Counted from the first letter of the stretch, positions 44,388-53,929 are shown. The stretch: 64,000 bases of DNA from Candidatus Micrarchaeia archaeon (GCA_041663445.1 JBAYMR010000008.1:662-64661), one strand, 5' to 3'. A program made the numbers and translations. The notes: a model not told the origin generated them from the letters alone.

Positions 44388-45500
44388 TCACACCTTTGTT
44401 TCATAGTCTTTCGTCCTTAATAGGGATTCTGCGCGTGCAATTTCCGCGGGTATCTCCTTCCTGAGAAACTCTAATTCTGCCTTATTTGGCGCAATATCTC
44501 TTAAATTAGGGTGGACTCTTCGCAAAACCTCAAAAAATATGCATAGGAACGCCTTTGCGATGGGGTTGCGCCTTATCTGTTCCATAATTCTCATTGCCAA
44601 AACCATATTTTTTTTGCCAGAACGTTTCAATGATTCTGTGTGCATAAGAAAAATTATCTGATGGAAACTTTCAAGTGCTGGCTCCTCGGAAGCGATTGCG
44701 GCTCTTGTAAGATATGATCCAAATGTAGATGCTATCGGCCGAAAATTGAACCACGGATAATGCGCATCCATCTCAAGATTATATCGTTGTACTATTGCGT
44801 CCATATATAGCCTTTTTTCAAATGAAAAAATGCCGCCATCTGAAATTATACGGACGCAGTAATTTGGTTCGACACCGATATTTTTTGATCGGAATGCACA
44901 CTCCAAGAACAGGCGTGTGTGCGCAAACGCACCAAGCTTTAACCCGCCTGATTTTATGGATAAAAGCGTCTTTAATGCAGCTTTTCGCCTTATACATACC
45001 GAACCTATAAAAGACGGGTCAAGTGGAGGGTATCTCTTGGAGTTTATAGAGACTGAAACAAACCTGTCAAACAGAACTTTATTGAGCCCGCGTACATTTG
45101 AAAAGTAGTTTACCATTATCACATCAATTTTTTCACAATCTGCCTCTTCTAAGTCATTCAATATTCGCTTTATAGCACCCTTGAAGAAAATATCATCATC
45201 CCCGCTATACCATATGAAATCCCCGTGGGCGATTGTTGGCAGCAAAAAAGCATTCGCATCAAATCCAAGATTTGTATGATTCCGGCTGCTGATAATTGGC
45301 ATTTTCTTCATCCATGTTGCCACAATTTCTTGCGTATTGTCTTGCGAAGCATTGTCCGAAATGCACACTTCAACAGAATCGTTCAGCCCACTGGTTTCTT
45401 CATATAAATTGCCCAAAAGTCGGTTGAGCTTGCTGGCCCTGTTGTAAGTCGGGATGCAAATTGAAAGGCGCGGTTTTTTCCTATTATTTTTTGCCCCCAT
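44388..45500 (-). CDS. Glycosyltransferase family 2
   Basis: PRLSICIPTYNRASKLNRLL...CISDNASQD is the GT-A N-terminal signature. Start taken at the ATG at 45500; the longest ORF reaches 45560. Confidence 0.8.
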   Translation of the reverse strand: MGAKNNRKKPRLSICIPTYNRASKLNRLLGNLYEETSGLNDSVEVCISDNASQDNTQEIVATWMKKMPIISSRNHTNLGFDANAFLLPTIAHGDFIWYSGDDDIFFKGAIKRILNDLEEADCEKIDVIMVNYFSNVRGLNKVLFDRFVSVSINSKRYPPLDPSFIGSVCIRRKAALKTLLSIKSGGLKLGAFAHTRLFLECAFRSKNIGVEPNYCVRIISDGGIFSFEKRLYMDAIVQRYNLEMDAHYPWFNFRPIASTFGSYLTRAAIASEEPALESFHQIIFLMHTESLKRSGKKNMVLAMRIMEQIRRNPIAKAFLCIFFEVLRRVHPNLRDIAPNKAELEFLRKEIPAEIARAESLLRTKDYETKV

Positions 45501-45633
45501 TATCTGCTCCCTCTCGGCATTTTCTTCCAAACCCACTGGCATATACCTGTAGCCAGCCATTTAAAGCTTCCTTAGCCATAAATACGCGCCCGGACAGCCG
45601 TCGGCAAAATTATTCATGGTTAGATGTGAAAAC

Positions 45634-48513
45634 ATGCAGGACAAAATCATCATCAGGGGCGCCAGGGAGCACAACCTCAAGAACCTCTCGCTTGAGATTC
45701 CGCGCAATTCCCTCACGGTCATCACCGGCATGTCCGGCTCAGGCAAGTCCACGCTTGCGTTCGACACGCTTTATGCGGAAGGGCAGCGCCGCTACGTGGA
45801 ATCCCTCTCGCCCTACGCGCGCCAGTTCCTTGGTGTCATGGGCAAGCCGGACGTGGATTCCATCGAAGGGCTTTCGCCCGCCATTTCCATCGAGCAGAAG
45901 ACCACCTCGCGCAACCCGCGTTCCACAGTGGGCACCACCACGGAAATTTTCGACTACCTCAGGCTCCTTTACGCGCGCATCGGCGTGCCTTATTGCCCAA
46001 AATGCGGCAAGCTCATCACGTCCCAGACAACCGAGCAGATTGCAAACGCGGTGCTCTCGCAGGGCGGGGCTGAAGGGAAGAACGTCCAGGTGATTTCGCC
46101 CATAGTGCGCGGCAAGAAAGGCACTTACGAAAAATTGTTCGACGACTTCAGGCAGAAAGGCTTTTCGCGCGTGCGCGTCAACGGGAGCCTCATGGAGCTT
46201 GACAAGCCCATCCCGCGGCTCGACAAGGCAAAGCGCCACACCATCGAAGTGGTGGTGGACCGATTCACTGCCACGAACCAGAACAGGCAGAGGCTGCTCG
46301 AGGCGCTGAAAGCAGGCCTGCGCGAAAGCAGCGACGGGCTCGTCATAGTCGCGATAGAGCACGGCAAGGAGCTGCTTTTCTCGCAGAAAAACTCATGCCC
46401 CGACTGCGGCATATCCATCGGCGAGATGCAGCCGCGCATGTTCTCCTTCAACTCGCCCTACGGCGCGTGCGAGGAGTGCAAGGGCATGGGCGTGAAAATA
46501 ATACTCGACGTTGACCTGGTGGTGCCCGACAGGCAAAAGACGCTGCGCGAGGGCGCCATACATCCGTGGCGGAACACCATAATGGGCGGCTACTATTCAT
46601 ACCTGCTGGAAGCCTTGGGCAAGAAGTTCGATTTCTCGCTTGACACGCAGTTCAACGCGCTTTCCAACGAGGCGCGCGATGCCGTGCTTTACGGGTGCGA
46701 CGAGAAGCTGCAGTACCATATCCAGTCAAGGAGCGGCGATTCATCCCACCAGGGCTGGACCCGGTTCGAGGGCGTGATAAACAACCTCGAGCGGCTCTAC
46801 AAGCAGACGCATTCCGAAAGCCGGCGCGCGGAATTGGAAAAGTACATGCGCGAGCTTCCCTGCCCGTCCTGCAAGGGCAAGCGGCTGAAGCCAGAAATGC
46901 TTGCGGTGAAGGTAAACACCCTTTCTGCTTCGCAGAAAGGTGCCCCTTTTTCGCAAGGCGAAAAAGAGGGCGGGAAAGACATCATTGAAGTGACGGATTT
47001 GTCGGTGGAATCCGCCTACGGATTTTTCAGCTCGCTCAAGCTCACCAAGACGGAAGAAACAATCGCGCGCCCGGTTCTGCGCGAGATACAGGCGCGGCTC
47101 GATTTCCTGCTCAACGTTGGCGTGGGCTACCTTTCGCTTTCGCGCGTGACCGGGACGCTGTCCGGCGGCGAGGCGCAGAGGATAAGGCTTGCCACGCAGA
47201 TTGGCGCGAACCTCATGGGCGTGCTTTACGTGCTTGACGAGCCGTCCATCGGTCTCCACCAGCGCGACAACGACAAGCTCATCGCCACCCTCAAGACGCT
47301 CCGCGACCTTGGCAACACCATGGTGGTCGTGGAGCACGACGAGGAAACCATGCGCAGCGCAGACTTCGTGATAGACCTCGGCCCCGGCGCAGGCGTGCAC
47401 GGCGGCAGGATAATGGCAATCGGCACCCCTGAAGAGGTGGAAAAGACGCGCGACTCGCTCACCGGCGCCTACCTGCGCCACGAGCTTGTGATACCCGTTC
47501 CGAAAATCCGCCGCCAGCCCGCCCGCTGGTTCACGCTGAAGGGCGCACGCGAGAACAACCTGAAGAAAATAGACGTGAAATTCCCGATTGGCTGCATGAC
47601 GTGCGTCACCGGCGTGTCGGGCTCGGGCAAGAGCACGCTGGTGAACGAGACGCTCTACCTCGCGCTTCGGAAATATTTCCACCAGTCCAAGGAAGAGCCC
47701 GGCAAATTCGACAGGATAGATGGCGCAGGCGCATTGACGGACGTGATTGAGGTGGACCAGTCGCCCATCGGCAGGACGCCGCGCTCCAACCCGGTCACCT
47801 ACATCGGCGCTTTCACGCCAATCCGCGAACTGTTCGCAGGCGTGCCGGAATCCCGCGCGCGCGGCTACGAGCCGGGGCAGTTCTCATTCAACGTGCAGAA
47901 GGGCAGGTGCCAATCCTGCGAAGGCGACGGCGTGAAGAGGATTGAGATGGCTTTCCTTGCCGACGTCTATGTCACCTGCGAGGAATGCAACGGCAAGCGC
48001 TATGATGCCGAAACTCTGCAGATAAAGTACAAGGGCAAGAACATCCACGACGTGCTTTCCATGAGCGTGGAGGACGCGCTGCAGTTCTTCCAGAACATCC
48101 CTGCCGTGAAAAACAAGCTTGAGACCATGGTGGACGTCGGCTTGGGGTACATTTCATTGGGGCAATCCTCCACCACCCTTTCGGGCGGCGAGGCGCAGAG
48201 GATAAAGCTCGCCACCGAGCTTAGCAGGCGCGAGAACGGCTCCATGCTCTACATACTTGACGAGCCCACCACCGGCTTGCACTTCGCCGACGTTTCCCGG
48301 CTTCTTGCCGTCCTGCAGCGCCTGGCCGACAAGGGCAACACCGTGCTGATAATCGAGCACAACCTCGACGTGATAAAGACCGCGGACTGGGTGATTGACC
48401 TGGGCCCGGAAGGCGGCGACGAGGGCGGGGAGATAGTCGCGCAGGGCACGCCCGAGGACATCGCGCGCAATAAGAACAGCTACACTGGGCAGTACCTCAA
48501 AAAAGTGTTGTAG
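45634..48513 (+). CDS. uvrA: Excinuclease ABC subunit A
   Basis: IRGAREHNLKN, two ABC modules (GMSGSGKST and GVSGSGKST; LSGGEAQRI twice) and zinc-finger Cys pairs. Confidence 0.95.
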   Translation: MQDKIIIRGAREHNLKNLSLEIPRNSLTVITGMSGSGKSTLAFDTLYAEGQRRYVESLSPYARQFLGVMGKPDVDSIEGLSPAISIEQKTTSRNPRSTVGTTTEIFDYLRLLYARIGVPYCPKCGKLITSQTTEQIANAVLSQGGAEGKNVQVISPIVRGKKGTYEKLFDDFRQKGFSRVRVNGSLMELDKPIPRLDKAKRHTIEVVVDRFTATNQNRQRLLEALKAGLRESSDGLVIVAIEHGKELLFSQKNSCPDCGISIGEMQPRMFSFNSPYGACEECKGMGVKIILDVDLVVPDRQKTLREGAIHPWRNTIMGGYYSYLLEALGKKFDFSLDTQFNALSNEARDAVLYGCDEKLQYHIQSRSGDSSHQGWTRFEGVINNLERLYKQTHSESRRAELEKYMRELPCPSCKGKRLKPEMLAVKVNTLSASQKGAPFSQGEKEGGKDIIEVTDLSVESAYGFFSSLKLTKTEETIARPVLREIQARLDFLLNVGVGYLSLSRVTGTLSGGEAQRIRLATQIGANLMGVLYVLDEPSIGLHQRDNDKLIATLKTLRDLGNTMVVVEHDEETMRSADFVIDLGPGAGVHGGRIMAIGTPEEVEKTRDSLTGAYLRHELVIPVPKIRRQPARWFTLKGARENNLKKIDVKFPIGCMTCVTGVSGSGKSTLVNETLYLALRKYFHQSKEEPGKFDRIDGAGALTDVIEVDQSPIGRTPRSNPVTYIGAFTPIRELFAGVPESRARGYEPGQFSFNVQKGRCQSCEGDGVKRIEMAFLADVYVTCEECNGKRYDAETLQIKYKGKNIHDVLSMSVEDALQFFQNIPAVKNKLETMVDVGLGYISLGQSSTTLSGGEAQRIKLATELSRRENGSMLYILDEPTTGLHFADVSRLLAVLQRLADKGNTVLIIEHNLDVIKTADWVIDLGPEGGDEGGEIVAQGTPEDIARNKNSYTGQYLKKVL

Positions 48514-48643
48514 GCTTTTTTCAGAAGTTGTGCGAACAAAGCGGGCTCTGTTCCAGTCAGGAAGGCGCTTTAGCTGTACGAGTTATCAATTTTATATACA
48601 AATGATTATAAATCCTATATAAAATAAGTAATATGGTGAGCAA

Positions 48644-48913
48644 ATGCACATGACCGTGAATTTCCAAGGTTATCTTTCCGACATCGTGGACGAGGCAATA
48701 AGCCGCGGGATAGTGCAGACAAAAACAGAGGCTCTGCGTGCCGGATTGCTGGAACTTGCCGACAAATATAATCTAGGGCAGAAAGGGCAATCTGATGATG
48801 AAGACGACAAGGAAGTGATTGCTGAAATGGACAGGATGGAGGAAGGAATACGCAAAGGCAAAGTCAAAACATATACGCAAAAGGAGTTCGAAAGGCGCGC
48901 GGGGCTTGACTGA
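48644..48913 (+). CDS. Putative antitoxin of RelE/ParE module 2
   Basis: 89 aa, abutting the toxin start. Paralogous to the 38016 antitoxin. Acidic C-terminal tail. Confidence 0.6.
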   Translation: MHMTVNFQGYLSDIVDEAISRGIVQTKTEALRAGLLELADKYNLGQKGQSDDEDDKEVIAEMDRMEEGIRKGKVKTYTQKEFERRAGLD

Positions 48914-49162
48914 ATGGCATACCGCCTCATTTTTACGGAAGATTTCCTGAAAGATATATCAAAACTTGACCACTCCGTGAAAGTGCACCTCAAAAATCTC
49001 TATGACAAGATAAAAGAAAACCCCCGCAGGTTCAAGCCCCTGCACGGCGACGCCAATTCATATCGCTTGAGAATATTGAATTTCAGGCTGAAATACCGGG
49101 TGGTCGGCGAAGAAATCCACATGTATCGTTTTGAAAACCGCGACAAGGTCTATCGGCGCTAG
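48914..49162 (+). CDS. RelE/StbE-type toxin (module 2)
   Basis: MAYRLIFTEDFLKDISKLD...YRLRILNFRLKYRVVGEEIHMYRFENRDKVY is the classic RelE pattern; 82 aa. Confidence 0.8.
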   Translation: MAYRLIFTEDFLKDISKLDHSVKVHLKNLYDKIKENPRRFKPLHGDANSYRLRILNFRLKYRVVGEEIHMYRFENRDKVYRR

Positions 49163-49203
49163 AAGCGCAAACCGCCCTGCGCAAGGGGGGTTGTGCGGGA
49201 GAG

Positions 49204-49223
49204 CACCTTAAGAAGGTGTTTTT
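49204..49223 (+). terminator. Hairpin plus T-run after RelE module 2
   Basis: CACCTT-AAG-AAGGTG followed by TTTTT. Confidence 0.45.
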
Positions 49224-49225
49224 GC

Positions 49226-49879
49226 TTAAAGCCCAGAAATCAGCTTTTGCATTTCTCCATCCAGCTGGCTTGAAAACAGGGAAAACAGCGCGAGCGCGAA
49301 ATATGCCAAGCCAAATGACGCCGAAAATGCCGGCGCGCTGCCGGGTGCAGCAGCGCCGATTGCAACAACCACCAGCAGGAATAGCGCAAAGCACGCCGCA
49401 AGGTTCAGCGCAGAAACCTTCAGTGCGTTCACGTACCACCACACATCTGGCGCGTTTTTCTGGCTGTCAGATGGCGATGCCGCGCGGACGCCTACGAAAA
49501 ACGAGATAAAAAGCAATGCGATGGATTGCAGGCTCATGGATTCAGTGATTGCCTGGGAATCAATATACGGCGCCAGCCTTGCACCCAGGAAAATCATTAG
49601 CAGGGCAAAGCACAGCGCAACCGCGTAAGGCGCGTAGCTAAGTTTGCCATGCTCGATTTTGTCGAGCATCATCACATCTTCCTGGGAATATTTGTTGGAA
49701 GGCTTCATCATGCCCTTCAGGTTGGGAAGGAACAGTGCAATCGAAATCCCGAGGAAAAATACGCCTATAAATGGCGAAAGCGCATAGGCACCAAGAGAAG
49801 TGCTCCTGCTGAAAAGCTGGTAAATGCAGAAACAGCCCATCAGTACATAGAATGCAGCTCCCATGTAGTCATTTTTCAT
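49226..49879 (-). CDS. Hypothetical polytopic membrane protein
   Basis: 217 aa with about 6 hydrophobic segments. No family recognised. Confidence 0.6.
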   Translation of the reverse strand: MKNDYMGAAFYVLMGCFCIYQLFSRSTSLGAYALSPFIGVFFLGISIALFLPNLKGMMKPSNKYSQEDVMMLDKIEHGKLSYAPYAVALCFALLMIFLGARLAPYIDSQAITESMSLQSIALLFISFFVGVRAASPSDSQKNAPDVWWYVNALKVSALNLAACFALFLLVVVAIGAAAPGSAPAFSASFGLAYFALALFSLFSSQLDGEMQKLISGL

Positions 49880-49891
49880 GCAAACACCTCA

Positions 49892-51493
49892 TCATTTTGC
49901 CATTGTTTTTTTCCTCAACAGCCTATGGTAGGCAATGCCGAACCTGTGCGCCTCGTCGCGCGCGTACTCTAGCACCCTAAGCGCGGGGGAAGAGTGCGGC
50001 AGGCGGATGGGGATTGCGCGCTCCGGCGAATAGATTTCCTCGAACTCCTTCGCAAGCGAAACAACCGGCACCTCAAGCTGCAGCTCTGCCAGCGCGCCAA
50101 GCGCAGCCGAGAGCTGCCCCGGCCCGCCGTCTATCACGATGAGGTCGGGCATTTGCGCGCGCTCCATTTTTAGGCGATAATAGCGGCGATAAACGATTTC
50201 GCGCATGCAGGCGAAGTCGTCCTGCCCCTCCACCGACCTGATTTTGAACTTGCGGTAGTTTGATTTCGATGGCTTGCCGTTCACAAACTGCACCATGGAG
50301 CCCACTACGTTGGTGCCCATCAGGTTGGAGATGTCAAAGCACTCAATCGTTCTCGGGATGGCGGGGAGCGAAAGCTCGTGTTGCAGCTCCACCAGCGCAG
50401 GGTCCGCAGTGCCGGATATTTCCAGCAGGATGTTTTTGCGGAGAAGCTCCAGCAGCCCTTTCTTGTCGCCCCGTTCAGGCACCATTATGTCCACTGCCCC
50501 GCCCCGCTTTCCGGCAAGGTATTTCTCCAGCGCCGCGTGCGACTCTGGCTCGGCGTCAACATATATCCTGCGCGGGATGCCGCCCGCCTCGTAGAAGCGC
50601 GGCAGGAACTCGGAAAGCGCGTCGCCTGAAAGCGGCGTGAACTCGTACTTGCGCCTGTCGCGTATCACGCCCCCAATCTGCCTGAAGAGCTGCATGTATG
50701 ACTTTCCCGAGTGCGAAAGCATCGCGATGAAATCCTCGTTGCCCTCGCCCTCCCTCTCGAATTTCTGCCTTTCAAGCAAGGACGAGAGCGAATGGATGGA
50801 ATTCCTCAATTCCAGCGCGCGCTCAAACTGCTTTTTCCCTGCCGCCTCGCGCATCTCCCCCTCCATCCCTTCCATCACTTCCTCGAGTTTTTTCCCGCCG
50901 GAAAGCGCGTCCTGCAGCTTGTTCACCTGCGCCATGTATTGCGCGCGCGTCACAAGCCCTGCGCACACGCCTGTGCAAAAGCCCAAATGATACTGCAGGC
51001 AGGGGCGTTTCTGCCCAAGGCGGCACGTCCTCAGCTTGAAAATCTTCCGCAGCGTGGATGCTACCAGCACGTAAGCCGAGCCTGACATGAAAGGCCCGTA
51101 CAGCTTTCCGCGCGCACTCACCTTGCCCGCCCTGTTCCTGCGGACCAGAAGCATGCGCGGGTATTCCTCGCCGGTAATCAGGATGTAGGTGTATTTGTCA
51201 TTGTCCTTCAGCTCGATGTTGTATTTCGGGTAATATTGCTTGATGAGGTTGCTTTCAAGCAAAAGCGCCTCGGCTTCGGTGTCCGTCATCACGAACTCGA
51301 GCGTTGCCGCGGACGATACCATCTGCGCCGTCCTGTCCAGCAGGTCGCGCGCAAAGTAGCTCGCAACGCGGTTGCGCAGGTTTTTCGCCTTGCCCACGTA
51401 GATGGGGGCGCCGCTGCTGTTCCTGAAGATATAGACGCCCGGCGATTCCGGCGCGGTTTTGGCTGTTTCAGCGGGGGATGGCATATGCACCAA
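49892..51493 (-). CDS. uvrC: Excinuclease ABC subunit C
   Basis: GIY-YIG N-terminus (PGVYIFRNSSGAPIYVGKAKNLRNRVASYF), a UVR domain, and an endonuclease/HhH C-terminus. At 533 aa it is short. Confidence 0.92.
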   Translation of the reverse strand: MVHMPSPAETAKTAPESPGVYIFRNSSGAPIYVGKAKNLRNRVASYFARDLLDRTAQMVSSAATLEFVMTDTEAEALLLESNLIKQYYPKYNIELKDNDKYTYILITGEEYPRMLLVRRNRAGKVSARGKLYGPFMSGSAYVLVASTLRKIFKLRTCRLGQKRPCLQYHLGFCTGVCAGLVTRAQYMAQVNKLQDALSGGKKLEEVMEGMEGEMREAAGKKQFERALELRNSIHSLSSLLERQKFEREGEGNEDFIAMLSHSGKSYMQLFRQIGGVIRDRRKYEFTPLSGDALSEFLPRFYEAGGIPRRIYVDAEPESHAALEKYLAGKRGGAVDIMVPERGDKKGLLELLRKNILLEISGTADPALVELQHELSLPAIPRTIECFDISNLMGTNVVGSMVQFVNGKPSKSNYRKFKIRSVEGQDDFACMREIVYRRYYRLKMERAQMPDLIVIDGGPGQLSAALGALAELQLEVPVVSLAKEFEEIYSPERAIPIRLPHSSPALRVLEYARDEAHRFGIAYHRLLRKKTMAK

Positions 51494-51780
51494 CTTGCAG
51501 GAAGGGATATAAAATAGGCTGCTGGCATGCGCGCAGCATTCCTTCTAAGGGTTGATAATAAACGCCCGAGAGGGCGTTTGTTGGAAATCGGGCGCAGCTC
51601 CGACTTGTGCAGCAGCACAAGTGGAGCACTTGTCGGAGCGCCGACAAGTCGCTCGATTAAGAAAATAGAGGGAGATGGTACACCCGAAGGCTCCACCTCG
51701 CCTCCCACACTTCTTGCGAAGCTGGCTAAATCCCCTGCTAAAATTTATATAGGCAGATGGGCGCACGCCGGAAAATTGCG

Positions 51781-52404
51781 TCAGTTTTCCGCTCCATCCC
51801 GCGCGAGCGGCACCCATATCGTCATGGACGTGCCATTGTACTTTATGCTGCACCCCATGAGCTCCAGCGCCGATTCGATTGCGCCCGGCGTTTCCTTGCC
51901 CAGGCATTTTATCCCGCTGCCCGATATGGTGGCGAGCTGGTGGCTGCCGTCTGCCGTCTTGCAAAGCATCAGGCCCAGCTTGCCGCCCTGCCGCTCATTC
52001 ATCATGTAAAGCGCGGTATTCAGCACGGCGCCAAGCTCGGGGCAAAGCACAGGCTTCCCGTCCTCCACCCGCAGGTCAAGGCTGAATGCGCGGTTCTGCA
52101 CCACGATGTCAAATACGTCGTCCTTGGTGTATTTCCTGAACGCAGGCTCGGCTCCGCTGCGCAGGCCCGTGATTGTTTCACGGAGCGTTTCAAGGCTTTT
52201 CTTGAAGCCCTGCTCGCGCGCCCCGAAAAAATAATCCATCTCCAGAAGCCTATTCAGCGTTTCTACCGCTTTCTTTGCCTTTTCCACCGCCAGCGGCGAA
52301 ATTTTTTCCCGAAGCGTGCCCTGGCTGGCGCAAAAAATCCTCGTCTGCTGCCAGCACTGCCCCGCGCCCGTCCCTGGTGCCGCCTTAATCCCAACCAAAC
52401 GCAT
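51781..52404 (-). CDS. Hypothetical protein, possibly with a degenerate HATPase_c-like C-terminus
   Basis: The C-terminal ...ISGSGIKCLGKETPGAIESALELMGCSIKYNGTSMTIWVPL is reminiscent of the G2 box and end of histidine-kinase ATPase domains. The start is uncertain: TTG at 52512, ATG at 52404, or a later site. Confidence 0.4.
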   Translation of the reverse strand: MRLVGIKAAPGTGAGQCWQQTRIFCASQGTLREKISPLAVEKAKKAVETLNRLLEMDYFFGAREQGFKKSLETLRETITGLRSGAEPAFRKYTKDDVFDIVVQNRAFSLDLRVEDGKPVLCPELGAVLNTALYMMNERQGGKLGLMLCKTADGSHQLATISGSGIKCLGKETPGAIESALELMGCSIKYNGTSMTIWVPLARDGAEN

Positions 52405-52744
52405 TCCAATCCCCCCTATTTTTCGGATTTCCGGCCCGCAGCGAGGGGAAAAAGAGCCATGCTGCGGGGAATTTTCAGGAGGCTTTCCGACCCGCCAAGC
52501 CGGAGGAGCCAAGGCCGTCAGCCAAGGATGGCGAACCTGGCGTCAAAATAAGAGCTAATCGCAAAGAAGCTTCCGGATGCGAAGTTAGCAAATCCCGCCA
52601 TGAATCTCAGTTTCCAGTTTAATGGGTGCCATATAAAAAGCAAATGTCCCAATTGGGACACGAGTGCGCCGATTCCGCCTTTCCGGGCGCCCGCCGAGGC
52701 GTTTGCCCCCCCTTAGCCGCGCCTTAAGGCTTGCTTCCGCGCGC

Positions 52745-53089
52745 CTATTCTTCGTCGCCCTTCAGGCGAATGATTGCTTCGGCAATGTCCCCGTTCGTGT
52801 CGCGCAGCGCGTTCTGCGCCTCCTCGCGGCTGCAGCCCGCGGCCTCCATCACCATCTTTATGTCGTCCTCGCCTGCGTCCTGCTCTTCCTGCACCTTGCC
52901 GCTTATCTGGAACGACTTCTGCCCCTTCATGTCAATCTGGACGACCTGCGGCTCGAAAACCACGAGCCTGCCGCCTTCCTTCAGTTCAATTACGACTTTG
53001 GCGGCGTCAATCTCCTCGGTCTTGATTCCCATCTGCGCCATCATTTTCGCCATTCCTTTCGGGTCCATTCCAGGCATCATAAAAATCAC
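52745..53089 (-). CDS. nac: Nascent polypeptide-associated complex protein (archaeal NAC, with UBA tail)
   Basis: MAKMMAQMGIKTEEIDAAKVVIELKEGGRLVVFEPQVVQIDMKGQKSFQISG plus the UBA-like EEAQNALRDTNGDIAEAI. Confidence 0.92.
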   Translation of the reverse strand: MIFMMPGMDPKGMAKMMAQMGIKTEEIDAAKVVIELKEGGRLVVFEPQVVQIDMKGQKSFQISGKVQEEQDAGEDDIKMVMEAAGCSREEAQNALRDTNGDIAEAIIRLKGDEE

Positions 53090-53793
53090 TTCTCCTTAAG
53101 CAATAGGTTTGCCCTTACCAATTTCACCATTTTGTCAACGATAACCTTTTCCATCTTCCTGCCGCGCGCCACGCTTTCCCCGCCGACCTTGCCGGAGTAT
53201 CCGTATTTCGTGAACTGGCCTTTCGGCATTGGGATGACCCTCCCGAAATAGCGCTGCGAAGGCGCCTGCACGGCTTTCCTGCGCTTCCAGCCCGTGAGCG
53301 ACATCACGATGGATGCCTCGTTCTCGTCCGCATGCCCTGCCTCGGCGCCAAGCTCCTTTATCTCCCACCAGGAAACCACGCACGCCGTGAATTTGAGCTC
53401 GTCGGACAATTCCTTGAGCACGTGCCCCGCCACTGTCGCGTTTGCGCCGTGCCCGTTCATGAAAAGTATCCTGTCGAAGCCGTTCCGCACAAGCTCGCGC
53501 GTGATGTCTTGTATTATCGCGGCAAACGTCTGCGACTTGAGGGAGATTGTCCCCTTCCACGGGCGCAGCGTGTAGCAGTAGCCGTAAGTTATCGGGGGCA
53601 GCACCAGCGCGCCGGTCCTTTCGGCGATTTTCTGCGCAAGCTTGTAGGGCGTGATGGAATCGGTCCAGAGCGGCAAATGCTCGCCGTGCGCCTCAAGCGC
53701 GCCCATGGGCACGATGACAATCGGCCTTTTCCTGCGCTTTGCAATCTTTGCAATGTCGGATGAAGTGTGCTCTCCGAAAAGGATGCTCGCCAT
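53086..53793 (-). CDS. Creatininase-family amidohydrolase (ArfB-like)
   Basis: VIVPMGALEAHGEHLPLWTD...LPPITYGY...FMNGHGAN is the creatininase-fold signature. 4-nt overlap with nac. Confidence 0.8.
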   Translation of the reverse strand: MASILFGEHTSSDIAKIAKRRKRPIVIVPMGALEAHGEHLPLWTDSITPYKLAQKIAERTGALVLPPITYGYCYTLRPWKGTISLKSQTFAAIIQDITRELVRNGFDRILFMNGHGANATVAGHVLKELSDELKFTACVVSWWEIKELGAEAGHADENEASIVMSLTGWKRRKAVQAPSQRYFGRVIPMPKGQFTKYGYSGKVGGESVARGRKMEKVIVDKMVKLVRANLLLKEK

Positions 53794-53929
53794 AAAATCT
53801 CCCGCAATGAACAAGGGCGCGAAGAATAAAAAGTGTTCGCATGCCGGGGCGCAAGCGCATTATGGGCGCCCCCGTGCAAACGGCTATTCCAGCCGGGCGA
53901 TGCCCAGCCGCTTGCGCCTTCGGCCGAAT

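Noticed and set aside
51757-52551. A 264-aa plus-strand ORF opposite the HATPase-like gene.
   Set aside because: Arg/Ala/Pro/His-rich shadow composition. The minus-strand reading gives the more protein-like sequence, although that call is itself of low confidence.
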